DNA of 64,000 nucleotides. Origin: Takakia lepidozioides. Lineage: Eukaryota; Plantae; Bryophyta. The position numbers and the translations under genes were made by a program. The stretch is from contig CM060731.1 in assembly GCA_030704615.1 (NCBI GenBank), positions 49,476,001 through 49,540,000 on the forward strand. Reading direction: 5' to 3'. Below are positions 25,201-39,270 of the stretch, in pieces (position 1 is the first letter of the stretch; every line of letters begins with the position of its first letter). The notes below the pieces were generated by a model that saw only the letters and a list, made by a program, of their open reading frames with translations, did not search any database and was not told the DNA's origin.

Positions 25201-26742
25201 AATTACCTTTCAGCACCCTTATCTCCTTCCCTCTTGAGGGCATTGGGGCGGTTCAGGGTGGGTTCCCACAACCTACGGATAGAGACTGGCAGATGGGAAA
25301 ACCTGCAACGGGAGGACCGCCTATGTCCAGCTTGCATAGGGCGCAGCAAGGAAATTGAAACTGAAGAACACTTCTTCTTCTACTGCCCTCTATACTACGA
25401 GATCCGTGGGAGATTCCACTGTTTATTCAGTGGAACCCAAAACTGTCACTGATGTCTTTCACTATGAGGATCAAAAATGCTTGGCAGCCTACCTACACTA
25501 GGCCTTCACCCTTAGACAATCGCTAGAACATTAATTGTGGTTTCTGGATTTGTTCCTCTCTCATGTTTTCTTCCATTTTGTCCCATAAGCTCTACGAGCT
25601 TTCCGCGGATGATATAAAGCACCATTTCATTTCATTTCATTTCATTTCTCATGTTTTTCTTTCCATTTTGTCCCATAAGCTCTATGAGCTTTCTGCAGAC
25701 ATTATAAAGCACCATTTCATTTCATTTCTCTCCAATAAGCTCTTTGAGCTTTCTATGGACGTTATCAATTACCATTTCTCTCTTTCTGGGCTCCATAAAG
25801 TTCTCTCTGTTTCTTTCTTTTCTCTGGACATTATGCAGCATCTTTCTTCCTTTCTCATCTCTCACGGAAATGCTTGGCAGCTAATCTGCATGAGGCCCTG
25901 TCCCTTAGGCAAACCCTTCAGCAGTAGTTGCTTCTGGGCTGCCTTTGGCTGTGGTTTTCTCTTCTTTCTGGTTTCTCCCTTTTGTCCCGTAAGCTCTTTG
26001 AGCTTTCCGTGGACGTTATAAAGTACCATTTCATTTCATTTCTTTCTATCTCTCCTCTCTCAGCTCTATTAGCACAGCAAACTGTGCTAATTGCAGAGCT
26101 TGGGACATGAATGGAAAGTCGTAAATGAGGTAAAAACCGAAATGCACACCTGGAATTCATGATGAGATCGGAAAAGTGGGTCCAAACCAAAGCGCGCAGC
26201 CGATGTGGCTTCAGCACCCGATTTTTGGGGCAACTCCCAAGCCAAGCAGCGTGGTGTTCTAGCACAGGAGGAATTATTAACGTCCGATTCAACAATCTCG
26301 CAAATAGCAGAGCATTCCTGAGCTCCATCACTTGATTGCTAAATCCGCTGTGTGGCGCATACCACATGTACTTCTCTCCCTCAGACAGATATCCACCTGT
26401 TGAATATCCAGTTCCTACGGATTGCCTGGATAGAGGTCTTCCAGGACCTTTATTGGATACAATCGCAACAGACTTTATCTCAGTGGGCGCGAGCACGAGC
26501 CATTTCTGTACGTCAGGGTTGCATTGCAAGCATGACGGGAGGGTATCTTTGGGGGCGGAAGGAGGGGAGAGTCTTGAGGACGCCCAGACGTGGAAGAGGC
26601 CAAACAGGAGTACCGCGCAGGTTACAGAAGTGCATAACCAGCTCCGGAGCGTTTTGCTGCTTTTGCTACTGCCGCTTGCCACCCATGCCATAATCATCGC
26701 CTTGATCCTTCCTTGTGGCTGATAGACCATACTGTTCTTCAT
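22217..26742 (-). CDS. O-fucosyltransferase (OFUT30-like); exons 26742-26150 and 23516-22217
   Basis: Type II TM segment, YAPHSGFSNQ..E, LNRTLIIPPVLEHHA, R|YISMADI, CAQLRLLDGQFKNHW, FVMTDLP, CSCASLGFVGT.GST; phase-2 GT-AG intron. Confidence 0.9.
23700..26045 (+). mobile_element. 5'-truncated RTE/RTEX-type LINE, antisense in the O-fucosyltransferase intron
   Basis: RT motifs QAGFR, FVDFHKAFDSV, GVKQGCPLSP, YADD; C-terminal RFRVGSHNLRIETGRW..C..C..EHFFFYC; (CATTT)n tail; frameshifted. Confidence 0.9.
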
Positions 26743-27639
26743 ACTGCTTGCATTGGCGTTTACTACATGCTATTGTCCAGAGACTTGCATAAAACATTCT
26801 ACGATCAGCTGCGTCACTCTGTTGTACAGAAATAGAGATTCAGATATTGACTCAATTGCACGGGAATCCCAAGGGCTAGGGTGTTAAAGGAAGCAGCGAG
26901 AGAAAGAAAGAGAGAGCTCTTCGCTTTTAGTCCTCCCCGTACGTGATGTGGGCAATTATGCATGGATATCATCCAACGTTCAGTAGCAGCAATGGCCCCA
27001 CCATCGTGCTCCCCTTCCGAACAACAAACCCATCTGTACTAGATCACCAAGACCTCCCCCCTCGACCCTCGTTCTCAACAAAACTCGCATTACAAATCAC
27101 TGAACGCAGAAAATTATTCTCCGCACGTGTTCAATGCCAACATGCCCGATTTGCCTGAAGGGTACAAGTCCTCTCAATCATCGTCTCATCTTCTTGTTGG
27201 TAAACGATGGACCCAGCACACCATATTACTGAAAACTTACCGAAAACTTACCCCCAAACTGGATGCTACTGTGGAGACTGCCCTATGCCAAATGCAGCAG
27301 CAAGAAATGTACATGAAGAAAGGAATGTAAGTGCTAAGAAGGTGTGAAGAAAATGTGAAGTGTCTTGGACCATTTACAGCAACTGCTTTCCCTTGAGAGG
27401 CTGGGAACTAGGCTCTCAGTACACTTTTGACAAATATTTCTTCTGCTGACTTTGATGACTTTGATGACCCTTTCACCTCAAGATGAAGGGTGTATACTAA
27501 ATTAGTGAGGGTCTCGGCATCAGGAACCAATCTGAGAGCCAGCTTGTTAAGCTGAAGTTGAAAGATAAGTCTTGCAACTACTCACCTACCTCTTCACAGA
27601 AAACGGAATAGTACCACACAACTGGGCTATTTTACAAGA

Positions 27640-29760
27640 ATAATAAATGGCCAATGCATAAGTGAATGAACACTCTTCCATATTTTACTACCACACACTT
27701 GAGATGGCTACCATCTACCACCTGCCCTGGTAGCTCTGATGACCATCAAGAGACTATCCAACATATTTCAAAGTGGAACAGATTTACTGTTTGAAGGTTT
27801 TTGTTTACTCATTAGATATATTTCTCTCTCAGCAAGCTGAGCTTGAAATTCTCCCACACATCATTAGTCGCATGTTGCATCCCATCACTAGATCTTACTT
27901 GAAACTTTTGAATATCATTTTTGAGATTTTGAAGGCTTCAAGTCTGGTGCAATTAGTGTTCCAAAAAGGGTACAAGTACACAGAAGTCTGAAGCCTTCAC
28001 CCAGAACTCCAATATCCAACACAATCCAGACTGCCAAAATGTAGGCCACAAAGGGGGTGATTCTGTCAGGTCCTGAATGTGTTTGCAAGACGCTGGAAAT
28101 AGATCAAGATCTGGCTGAAAGTCTGAAACCGTCTCCTCTTTGCTTTCTATTGAAGATGATAAAGTGTCACGATGCATACATACATGCAAATAAGAGAGGG
28201 GTTTAGGTTGGGATGCGATCTCCCACCAGCCGGGTGGGTCCGCTTGTAAAGCACAACAGAAGCCTTCCACAAAATTCAGAACTATTTTGCCAGTAAATAG
28301 GTCTATCAAAGGGGGATGTATTACAATAACTCAATAACAATCCTACAAAAAAACCACCCAGACAACCGCTCATCCAGATGCTCAGCACAACAAAAAAGCC
28401 TTCCACCCAACCCTCCCCCACTACAACATAGCACAATCCAATCAGCAGAGTAAGAAACCTGTCAAACACCCCAGAAAAACATGATGCAGCTTGCAATCGT
28501 TCATGTTTGTGATCCAGACACTCACCAAGGTCAAACATCTGCAGGTTGCATGTTGTTGGAGGAGCAGCCGTCGGTTTAAAACACCACATGCATCAGGGGC
28601 TGACACCGGTAGTATGACTTACCTTGAAACATGCAATTGATCCAAGTTTTCCAGATATCCTCTAGAAGTACCTTCACACAAGCATCAAATCTGCTGTGTG
28701 TGGTTTGCCCAATAACTAGGCCCCAAAAGGGCCTGGGCTTTTGGCTCAGCCTCGAGACTTTCGAAGTTGGTAAACAGAGGTTCAGGCACAATTCCCTTGA
28801 TGGATTTGAAGAGGGCGTCTCTCTCATGAGAGTACCCAGGAGTATCCTCTATAAATCCCTTCACACAAACATCAATCTGCTGTGTAGAGAAGTAGAGAGA
28901 GACAAAGACAGAGAGGTACCAGACAGCCGCAATCGTAGGAATTGGGTAGGTGAGCATCCGCTTCAAAAGACCATGAAAGCGATTGATCAATTGCTGTTCC
29001 AAAGTGAATGTCACAGCTGACATCAAGATGTTCTTCAATCCTTCACTGCGATGGGTAGCAGCACAACCTTCATGGAAAGTTGAGGCCTCGTTTTAACACA
29101 TATTCTATGGCCAGAGAGTCTCTATCTGAAGCTTGGATGGGTGTCAAAAGGTGGCTTGTTTCTGGAAAGATGAAAAGCACTGTCTTTTATAGGAGCTATG
29201 ACAGTTTTCTCCATTCCAGTCACTACAGGGGTCTCCACACTAAGATTGAAAGAAGCAGTTATGGGTGAAAGGAGGTCACAGGCAGTCACATGTTCTCAAC
29301 AGAACCTTTTTTTTGCATGCTCAGACTCATTCCATACAAAAAGAATCGACCCTGCAAAGAAGTAGCCCTCTTAGCAATTAGTAAAACCAAAATAACACTT
29401 TCCCGACCAAGCCTTTAAAATCTGGTATAATTCTATACAGCAAACTCTGAACCCTGGCATGATAGACTTCATAGACACCACTTTACAAATATTCCATCTA
29501 TACTCAGAGGGGAAAAACGACTTGAAAGACCTCCTGAAGAAGAAGGGAGTGGAGGTCGAATGAGGCCAAGAATGTGGAGGAGCTGCTGCTAAAAAACGAA
29601 CAGTCAGAATCGGTGTCTCCAATGCCATACCTCATTTGTAGTCACAAGCGCTAGGGCATCTGGATCACTCTCAACCTGAAAGCATATTACTCATCCCCAT
29701 TTCAGTCTGTGATCCTAGACAATCCAAATTCGAATTCATGTAAGCCTTACAGTAGTCGAA
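27640..29760 (-). mobile_element. Degenerate LINE-like relic; related segment at ~16130-16510
   Basis: 27700-28150 resembles 16130-16510; broken Trp/Cys-rich minus-strand frames like post-RT LINE regions. Confidence 0.4.
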
Positions 29761-30061
29761 GTGAACAAAAGACTTGGATAAAAAGAAGAATCTTGTCAAG
29801 GGCAGAAAAATCTATGGATTGCTGCTTGGAGTGAACCCACTAATAAGAACCCAAATCACAACTATGCTGCCACTTGAAAAGATCTATTTAGGGTAAATAA
29901 AAAAAGTAAAAAAATGCAAATGTCTAACTACCATCCAAGAGAAAGAATGAGAAGACAAATATTCCGTTAGGGTTAGGCTGAGGGTGCCTGGATCATCACC
30001 ACCATCTCGGAAAGCATCTTGGTCTGCAAGCCCTCCGCAGAGGGAAGTGTAGGCAGGCAGC

Positions 30062-32100
30062 ATGCTCAGAGTGGCAGCGCGGAGTGGCCGCCATCTCTCC
30101 CTCAAGGAATCTCTGCAGCAGGTGCTGTCCAAAGAACAGGCATTTCCCACTGCAAATCCTAATGTACAGGCCACTCGGTCGCATTTTCTGGCAAGCAGGT
30201 CTGCAGGATCCCCACAGGCGTCTTTGGTGAATGTAGATGTAGAAAATGTGAAGAGTGTTCCGTCTTATTTCAGATGGGTTCAGAGGAGGCTGATCAGTGG
30301 TTCTCGAAATCCTGGTGGCTCTGCCGAATCGGCGATTCCCGCAGCTCCTGCTTCCAAATTGAGCTTTGTGGCGTGGTATCTTCGAAAGCTTGATCAGCAT
30401 CCCCTCGCTACCAAGAGTTTGACAGCAGGCACTATCTACGTGTCTTCTGACCTCACATCGCAGGTAATATATAAATATGGGAGGGGTAGGCGGGGCGGTG
30501 GAATTTGGCTGCGTAGATACGAGTATCTCTTAGTTGTGGGGTACTCTTTATTGCAGGAATCAGTGTGACAGCAACGACAGATGCATCCTGTCTCAATAAT
30601 CCGCAATGTATTGGATATGACAAGTCTATTCCGAACTTCTATTCACGAAACGATCACACTTTATCATTGAAAGAGAATGCAACAATCTGTCAATGGATTA
30701 GCAGTTATGAACCTGGAGCCCTGCAATGAAAAGCCGCAATCCTGTTTTCTGTCTTTTGGAGGCCCGTCTGTGACAGGAATATTTGTGTTGATTGTTATGT
30801 TTACTGTGGGCGGATGTTATTCCACCAGGGTCTTGCTGCCCTTACTGTAAAGGATGGGGAGCAGAAGATGGAGTGGGACAAAGCCAGGTCACTGCGCATG
30901 CTAGCAGTGGGGTTGTTCATGTCGGGACCTTTGCTTCACCTGTGGTTCAATTCTGTGGCAAGGTTCTTTCCTAAGCGCGATTTATTGAGTACATTGAAGA
31001 AGCTGGTGCTTGGGCAGGCTATTTTTGGACCTGCCTTTTGTGCTGCTTTTTTCAGCATCAACTCCTACGCCCAAGGTGATTCCAGAAGATTGAGCTGGCT
31101 GCGACAGTATCGCCCATACCCCAAAATTGAGTTGTTTATATCAGAATCATAACGAGCAATTTTCATTGAAGATTTGGTCCCATTCTGAAATGATAGCATT
31201 TCCATCCGGGAAGTTGACTTGCACAAAAGATTCATAATCCTGATAGCCAGCACTAGGGTCCCAGTATAGATGTGGAGCCCATGATGCCCATGGCTGCTGG
31301 GTATATCAGTATGATTACCGCTGCCACATTCTTTGGTAATGATTGAGCCTTGTGAATCCAAGTTTTGTATAGCCTGTGCTTATTACCGCACTAAAGGGTG
31401 GAGAGGAAGATGTATCCCCTCTGCGGTTTCATTGTGAGTGGCCATAGCTACTCACAGCCAATTTTGCAAGAGTCTAGCTGGTTCCAACACAAGTGTGACA
31501 GCAAGGGATGACAATCTTGCTGTTTGTTTGAGTGAGATGGAAGAGAGGAAGCAAGATATGCGCAAGTTTCTGAAATGTCATTATAATGACCCCTAGGAAA
31601 ATGAACATGGTATTATGTGTCCAGGTGAAAGAGGGTCACAGATAACACAGCGACTGCAGCGTGACCTGATTCCCACTCTGAAAAATGGACTGATGTACTG
31701 GCCTATCTGTGACTTCATCACATATCGCTATCTCCCTGTGCACCTCCAGGTAAAGCCTACCCACCCCTTCTCTGCCGATCTGTGGTCCTTTTTCTCGCCT
31801 TTCCTTTTCCTCCATCCGCTTGTGTCACCAGTCTCAATTTATGCAGTAAGCATAAGTAGGCTTCATAGGAATATGATGGCAACATCTGAGATTCTATGCC
31901 TTCAATTCGTAGATTGTATCACAATGGCGAATGTGTGTTTAGTTGGTGACACTTGGGTATGATTGTTGGGGGGGGGGGGGGGGGGTGCACAGCCTTTTTT
32001 CAGTAATTGCTGCTCCTTCATTTGGACTATCTACCTTACATACATGGCTGGCAAGGCGAGTGCCCCTTCTGTGGCTTCTGCTGAGGCTCAGATGTCTTGA
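30062..32100 (+). CDS. Mpv17/PMP22 (PXMP2/4) family membrane protein; exons 30062-30463, 30829-31075, 31625-31749, 31993-32100
   Basis: WYLRKLDQHPLATKSLT, R.LRM..G, KKLVLGQ..GP, YWP..DF..YRY.PVHLQP, WTIYLTYMA; in-phase junctions. Confidence 0.92.
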
Positions 32101-32950
32101 TTCTGAGTTCTTTCCACACCATTCTAATTTCTTATAATCAAGGTGAGTCCCACTACTGGAGTGAGCCCCTCGCAAAGGTAGTGAACATACCCTCTTGTTC
32201 TGGCACCCAAACAGGGTGTGGGGTCTATGACCATATGACCAAAAGGCTATGGAAAACATCTTATGAGTACATTATTTCTCAACAATCGACAAAAGTATAC
32301 CATTGGAGCAAGTCTTAGCACTGACAGTGGACCCTACTCTGCTCTGCTCTTTGAGATTTCATTTCCAAGCTCGCCATATAGCCAAGTATCAATGCTCGCA
32401 CTAACCGAACATGGGTACTCGATGGGGAAGAAGCACACAAGACGATGGCCGTCGCCGGCCCCGCAGCACTACCCTGTGTCGCCGAGGCTCTCAACGACCT
32501 TACTCCCACTCTACATTGCAAGCGACCATTGTTAACGTATTGTGTTGGGGGTACAGAGCAGTTGTGACATACCAGGAGTTTGTCAGGGATTGAATGCAGA
32601 CATCCTTCCAGGGAGATGAACCTCCCTGTAAGTCCCTTCTCATCAGAGCCTGTTTGATCGAGCAATGCTTACCTGCGAAAATCCATGAAGACTGAAGAGG
32701 ATGGTGGGTTAGGTGCCAATCTCAAATAACACACTTCAAGAGGGGGAAGTCCTCTGTCTCACAGAACTAGAGGGAAAATAAGAGCTCAAATTGTCTGCTC
32801 GCACCTTGTCAACGAAGATGATCTGGGGCAAACATAGCAGAGACTATAGGGAGGCAGTGAGTAGCTGAGGGAAAGCACCAGGGAGGGTCAGCACCTGAAG
32901 AAGGTAAGGAGGTGATAGTGGGGCAGTCTGCCATATGACAACTAAAAGAC

Positions 32951-34769
32951 CAGTGTTGGGCGGGTATATTGATTACCCTGATATACCTGGCGGGTATATC
33001 AGGGTATATGTCAATAAGCCAATATACCCTACTTTTCTGAAGGGCATATGTTAAAATGAGGGGTATATCTAATCAGGGTTCATTAGGGTTAGGAATTAGG
33101 AGATAATTGAGCCGCCTTTCATATGCTAGGATAGCCACCATCGATACGGAAATTCGTTTCTTCTCGATTTCTTATTCTAGTATATCATTCTACGATGTGT
33201 CTAGTTACGCAAAGATGTTAGCATGAACTTGAGTTCACCAGTATGGATACTCAGAATGAGTATGTCATCGGCAGCAAATGGATGGCCACTTTCTTGACGT
33301 AGAAGAAACTCCTGATATCGAGCACGACTGGCATTGGGAATTAAAACCAAAATATTATGCAATCAATTTTCTCTTTAGCATACTAGATTGTTTCTTTTTT
33401 GTTTTGTATTGGAAGACATTGTATTTTTTAATGAACCATTAAGTTATATATTAATTGAAATAACTATCCATAACCGGAAACTATTCATACATTGGGGGGC
33501 TTATTCAGCTGACTATACTGTCCCTATTAATTAATGCTAGGGTAGCCCATTGGCCCAAGTGTCCATTGTCATCTTAGCCCAAGTACAATCCCCTATGTAT
33601 CCAAGTCCCTCCTACGTCGAGGCCCAAGTGTCCATTGTCATCTATCTCCAATTGCAATCCCTTATGTATCCGGATGCCCACTCTTTGGGAGATCTAAGGT
33701 AGCTTTTTCCATTGGCCCCTGTGTGAAGAATTGAAATCTAAGCCCAAGCCCAAGTGCAATCTCTTATGTATCCAAGTGTGTTCCCATGTAGAGTCCCAAG
33801 TGCTATCTCCAGTGTCCAATGTCACCTAAGTCCAAGTGCAATCCCAAAGCCCACTTTGCTATTTTAGCAATCTCCCCGGTCGAGGCTTAATCTATTGATA
33901 TATCCACTTTGCTATTTTTCTCGAATTTCCAATAACCCAAAATACTCAAAATTCCACATCTCCCACACCGCGGTCCAAAAATCATGAGACCAAGCCCGTG
34001 CACCCCTCCTCACCGAGGGCTTTCCAACGGCACCAAGCACCGGCGTTGGGGCCGCTGTTTGGGAGATCTCAACGACGCTACAAACAAACAAATAAACAAA
34101 ACAAAACACACGATTCATTATTGGTATCTATGGTTCGTGGTTTATGTTTTTTTTGGGGGCCCTTTGGCCGCAGAGCCCACTACTTATTAATTGAGTAAGT
34201 AGTAGGCAAGGGCCTCTCCTTTATATACCCTCTCATGGCGGTGGGACCCTCTAGAAGGCTGCCTTGGGACACATGTCACCCCTAGAAACCACCGCATGTG
34301 ACTTCTTACCCCAATTTGGCGCTTGAACCCGTAATTTAATTGTTGTTGCCTTCCTACCTCCTATTTTTTTAACCCCTTTACATGACAGTTATTAATTCAA
34401 ATCCTTGTGTAGCTTACTATAACCCCTGCTTTTTAATTCTTGGACCACCCTCTAATGGACCTGCGGCCCTTATTCATAACCCTCAGGGTATATTTTGGCA
34501 TTACTTTCTTACCGGGGGTTATATAGAAATCTGAAAAGTCCCTCTTCGAGGGGTCAGGTTCAACTCTCATTGACTACGGTGTGTGTGCCTTATGGTATAA
34601 TCGGGGTTTTAAATATTTTCCCTCAATAAATTTAAATGAAATTTAACCAGGGCTTTTGTCCCCTATTCCCTTAAAAACATTTATTATTAATTTACCCATA
34701 TTCGGAGGGTAAATGATTTGACAAAATATATACCTATACCCTAAGGATAAATATACCCGCCCAACACTA
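32951..34769. mobile_element. Non-autonomous DNA element with hAT-like TIRs
   Basis: cagtgttgggcgggtatatt ... aatatacccgcccaacacta (20-bp TIR, one mismatch); no matching 8-bp TSD. Confidence 0.6.
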
Positions 34770-35373
34770 GACGTGACCTCCGTAGCAAGGTTGTTCATGA
34801 GTATTGTATGTAGACATGCAACAACATTTGGATTGTCCAAATCTTTAAAAGCAAGTCCAAAAATACGAAAAAAAAATGCAACTTTAGACGCAGCAGTTGT
34901 GAGGACATCAAACTTGAAATCTCTCACATTGGACAATGCATTTGGTTCTCATGCAACACAAAATAATAATTTCTAGTTCAAAATACCAAGCCAATGAACC
35001 CATCCGAGCACAACCAAAAATTGGTTTCCACAAAATTGATTGTAAACATGGTAAAAGACAACCATCATCCTCCAAGGAGATTTAGTAAGAGGTAAAGTCC
35101 TAACTCCTGACCGGAGCACCCAATGAAAGGGAAAGGAAGTCTGTCTGAACTTAGACTAGACCCTTTAAACAATGTATGAGAGCTAACCATCCAGCCTTGA
35201 ATCCTCTGCTTGCTTCTTGCCAAGTGGTTTTCTTTTTTTTGGACAAACGGAGACCTTTATTCCATAGACAAGGCTCAAATAGTATTTTAGTTCACCTAGC
35301 ATGTTGTGCTCTCGGTCTTGCTTCTCAAGATTAGGACTGTGGCTGATCCCTCCCTCCAGAGACTCATGTCAAG

Positions 35374-37205
35374 TGTCACAGCCTAGATTAGCAAAAGTCA
35401 GTTATGGGCTTAAGCAAGCCATAAATAGTAAAAGTATAAGAAAGACTTTAAGCAAAGCCATATACAGTAAAAGTATATGTCTAGACTTAAACAAAGTCAA
35501 GATTCGCAAAAGTCTAGAAGATGGCTAGAGCCAAGGAAAGCAAAAAGTAAGCTTTAAGAACAAGAAGGGATATTAGGAATAGCTGCAGCCTGGATATCTT
35601 AAGAGCAATGGGGTGTTGAGACCTCAAAGAGTACTTAAAGGGGATCTGGTGCTGAGTCTAGAGGAAGGGAAACACATAGAGAACACAAGGACAGGTAGTC
35701 AGAGAAAGCGTGATGATCAGATGTGGTTACTCAGAGTTTTGAGAGAGAGCAAGGCAGACCTAGCACCAAGAGGGATCTTACTCTTTAGCAAGCAGGCAAG
35801 AGAGGTCTCTAGGTTGGGAGGTTATCTCAAAGGTGGCTTAGTTATTAAGCACTTTCCATAAAAGATTGATCGTTACATTTGGTATCAGAGCAAAGATTAG
35901 AAAAGATAGTGTGATTTGCATCCTTAGGCAAGAGAACTATAGAGATGACAGATCAGGGGAGTCAGGGTGATGTACCATCAATTGCACTTAGGCCACCAGT
36001 GGAGGTTAGATCTAAGTTCAACCAACCCCCTCCGTTGTTGTTTCAACAAGTATCAAATGAGTTGCAACACATCAAGGCTAACATTGCACAACTTAGCCAA
36101 GTGATAGGGTTGGACAGACAGTTTGGTCAGGGAGGGCCACTGCCAATGGGTCGCAAGACTAGTGTTATGAAGGACTATGGTCCACCAAAGTCTAAGGGTA
36201 CGGAGTCAGTTCATATAGTTGATGCGGTAGAGCAATGGCTCTCCAAATTTGAGCAATACTTTTGCCTATGTGGCATTGCGACCGATGAAGCGAAGATTTC
36301 AAATGCGGTGGTGTACTTGGTGTACTTGTACGACGTAGCCCATCGTTGGTGGAGGAAGTTGGAGACTGATGCAAAACTTCCCGTCACACTAGACAGAGTT
36401 TCGGACGGTATTCGAGACCAACTTTGTACCACCAGACGAATAAGGCCGAAACAAACAGTCATGGAGGTATCTGAGATAGAGAACTTTAAGTGTTCAGGCC
36501 TATGCAGATAAGTATCACGAGCATATCTTAAAGTTGCCCAAGATGTCACTGATGCGGTACAACTTGTTTTCTTTGTACATGATCTTAAAGATGAAATTAG
36601 ACTCGATGTCCAGAAAGCTAGAAGTGAGTCTTTGCAAGATGCAATAGAACTAGCTTTGATGTATGGAGATGGCAAAAAGTTGCATCGTTAGGTATTTCCA
36701 GTAACCAGAGATGTTGGACCAATAATCAGTCAAAACGAACTTTTGGAAAGCCATCCAATTGGGGAACCAACCAAGCTAAGGTTGGATTCAAAAGGAAAGA
36801 ATCTCTCATGGCTGAGAGGGCTTTTCATAAATCAGTGTTGACACCAGAACAAAAAGACAAAGCCAAAAGAGAAGGCTTGTGTTTTGGATGTCTAGGGCAA
36901 CATCAAAGATTGTGGAAAGATTGTCCACAAAACAACCACAAAAATGTGGCAATGACGCAAGTAAGTGAGGTTCCAGGAACCAATGGGGATAATCCTAAAA
37001 TTGTTGGTGGACCTTCAAGAAAAGCTTTCTTGGTGTCCATAAAGAAAGACAATGTCGCATGCACCAAATTGCTTCATCTCGCAAGAGGTCAGCACTGGAT
37101 ATCAATTTTTGAGGGTGTATATCTGATCAAGATGATTGGAAAGGTGGGAGGTGAGAAAATACTTGTATTGTTTAATGATACTGGATCAACACACAACGTA
37201 ATAAG
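35374..37205 (+). mobile_element. Truncated Ty3/gypsy element: LTR 35374-35877, tRNA-Met PBS 35880-35891, gag and protease relic
   Basis: TG..CA LTR, TGGTATCAGAGC, gag with CFGC..H..DC knuckle, DTGSTHN protease motif. Confidence 0.8.
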
Positions 37206-37229
37206 AAGTTGAACTTATCCATGTGTAAG

Positions 37230-38030
37230 CTTATTACATTATGTGTTGATCCAGTATCCAACAATACATTCTCACCTCCCATTTTTTCAATCATCTTGAT
37301 CAGATCTGCACCCTCAAATTCATATCCAGTGCTGGCTTCTTGCGAGAGAAAACAATCTGGTGCATGCGACACTGTCTTCTTCATGGACACCAAGAAAGCT
37401 TTTCTTGAAGGTCCACCAACAATTTAAGGATTATCCCCATGGGTTCCTGGAACCTCACTTACTTGCATCATTGCCACTTTTTTGTGGTTGTTTTCTTGGA
37501 CAATCTGTCTACAATCACTAGTACTACAGTTTTTCCATGTTGTATCCTAGGCAACTCAGTAATAAAATCCATGGAAATGCTTTCCCACCGACCTTGTGGA
37601 ATTTCCAACGGATGTAACAATCCTGAAGACTTCAGGTGTTCTACTTTAGTGACCTGACACCTGAAACAATGTGTCACTTGCTCATGCACGTCTGCCTTGA
37701 GCTTAGACCACCAAAAGTGCCGTCGCACTAAGTCATATTCTCAACCCCTGGATGTCCTACACAAGGACTGTCATGACATTCTATAATAATCTTCTTTCGA
37801 AGTTCTCTTGAACTTGGAATGGAAACTTTGCTTTTCCTTTTCACCATTTAACCAGTCTCAATGGTGTATGTGTGGACTTTAGTGGTGGACTCAGATGAAA
37901 CTGATCCATCACCCTGCGCAATATTGTCTTGGTTAACCATTTCTCACACTCTTAGGATATGTTCGTCCTCTCTTTGAGCTTCTCTTATCTCCGCTAGGAG
38001 ACTGCTCTCTATTATTGTAAAAGTCATAGT
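37230..38030 (-). mobile_element. Inverted gypsy fragment: integrase N-terminus fused to a second gag/protease segment
   Basis: HFWW..C..CQ..GLLHPLEIP..WESISMDFIT..VIVDRLSK then runs into the gag/protease copy. Confidence 0.85.
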
Positions 38031-38193
38031 GTTGCTAGTGCAATGGTGACAATATCACATGAAGCGCCCCACCCCCAGGCACTCAGTTATGTTGGAGTAG
38101 AAAGGGATGGATACAAGGGGAGGAGACTATGATACGGAAGAGAAAGTTCTGTGAAATACTTCCTCTCACTGGAAATACTTGGGAAGCTTGCAG

Positions 38194-38350
38194 GTTTTTG
38201 GACCCAATTTATTTTGGAAAATATCCTGCAGCCATGCAAAATCTCATGGGTACGGTCTTCCTATTTCTCTTGGAGAGCGAATCACATGCTACAACAGGGT
38301 CTGTGGATTTTATTGGTATGTATCACTACACCACTGATCAATACGTATCA
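38194..38350 (+). pseudogene. Beta-glucosidase (GH1) exon fragment
   Basis: FLDPIYFGKYP..M...GSVDFIGMYHYTT after a cag acceptor. Confidence 0.7.
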
Positions 38351-38569
38351 AATCAACCAAACTCGTCCTGATTCTCCATTGCTGTGGACCAACACATGTA
38401 TGGACACGCGAGCCATCTCTTGTATGAGCTGAAGCTTGTAGATTCCTGGCCTTGAGCTAGTACGTTGTTGGAGAAAATTAATGCTGTTGAACTATGATTT
38501 CATATCGTGTTTTACTTGATGCCGAAGCAGGTACAATCCATGTGAAGACCAGTTTGTGACCAGTTTCTT

Positions 38570-39270
38570 GGAGCTATTTTTCCACGGGGAATCACCCCTT
38601 CCCACATCATTGCTCATAGGTCTCTAAAGCCTCCATCCGCGCCCTTGTTGTGCATATCCTCCAATCATCAAACTCCATGACACCACATCTCGTTCAGCCA
38701 TACTGTCGAACACTTCCTTTGCATCCTCGATGCACCCACATTTGGCATACATGCAGTCCACCAGGGCAGTGTTCAGAATGCAATCGGGTACAATTCCAGA
38801 TTTGACGATGTCACCATGGACCTCTTTTCCCTTTTCCAGAGCTCCCAGGCTTGCACATGCATTACAAACAAATGTGATGTGGTTGGGTTTCACCCCTTCG
38901 CGCAGCAGTTGCTCATAGGTCTCCAAAGCATTCCTACCACACCCATGCTTGGTAACTCCTGCCAACATTATATATTAAGTGCGGGAGCATCATGGATGCT
39001 CACCAAGTGTTCAACAGAATGCCTCAACGATCTTTGATCACGTGGAATACATGGAGACAAGGGTGTTGAGTATAAAAACATTTGGCGTGAATCCACTTTG
39101 AATTATGTGAGTGTGCACCTGCTTTCTAGCTTCCAGACCTTCCATCTTGATGCACTTAAGCAAGAGACAAACATACGTACCTGAATCTGCTGAAATGCCT
39201 CATTGGTTTAAAGTTTGTAGCGCCTCTGTTAGTCTGCCTGCCGCAAAGCATCTTCACATGCCCAGAAGTG
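38570..39270 (-). pseudogene. PLS-type PPR protein pseudogene
   Basis: ALVD.MYAKCG.IEDA..VFD.M.ERDVVSW..MI.GYAQ.G; frameshifts. Confidence 0.85.
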
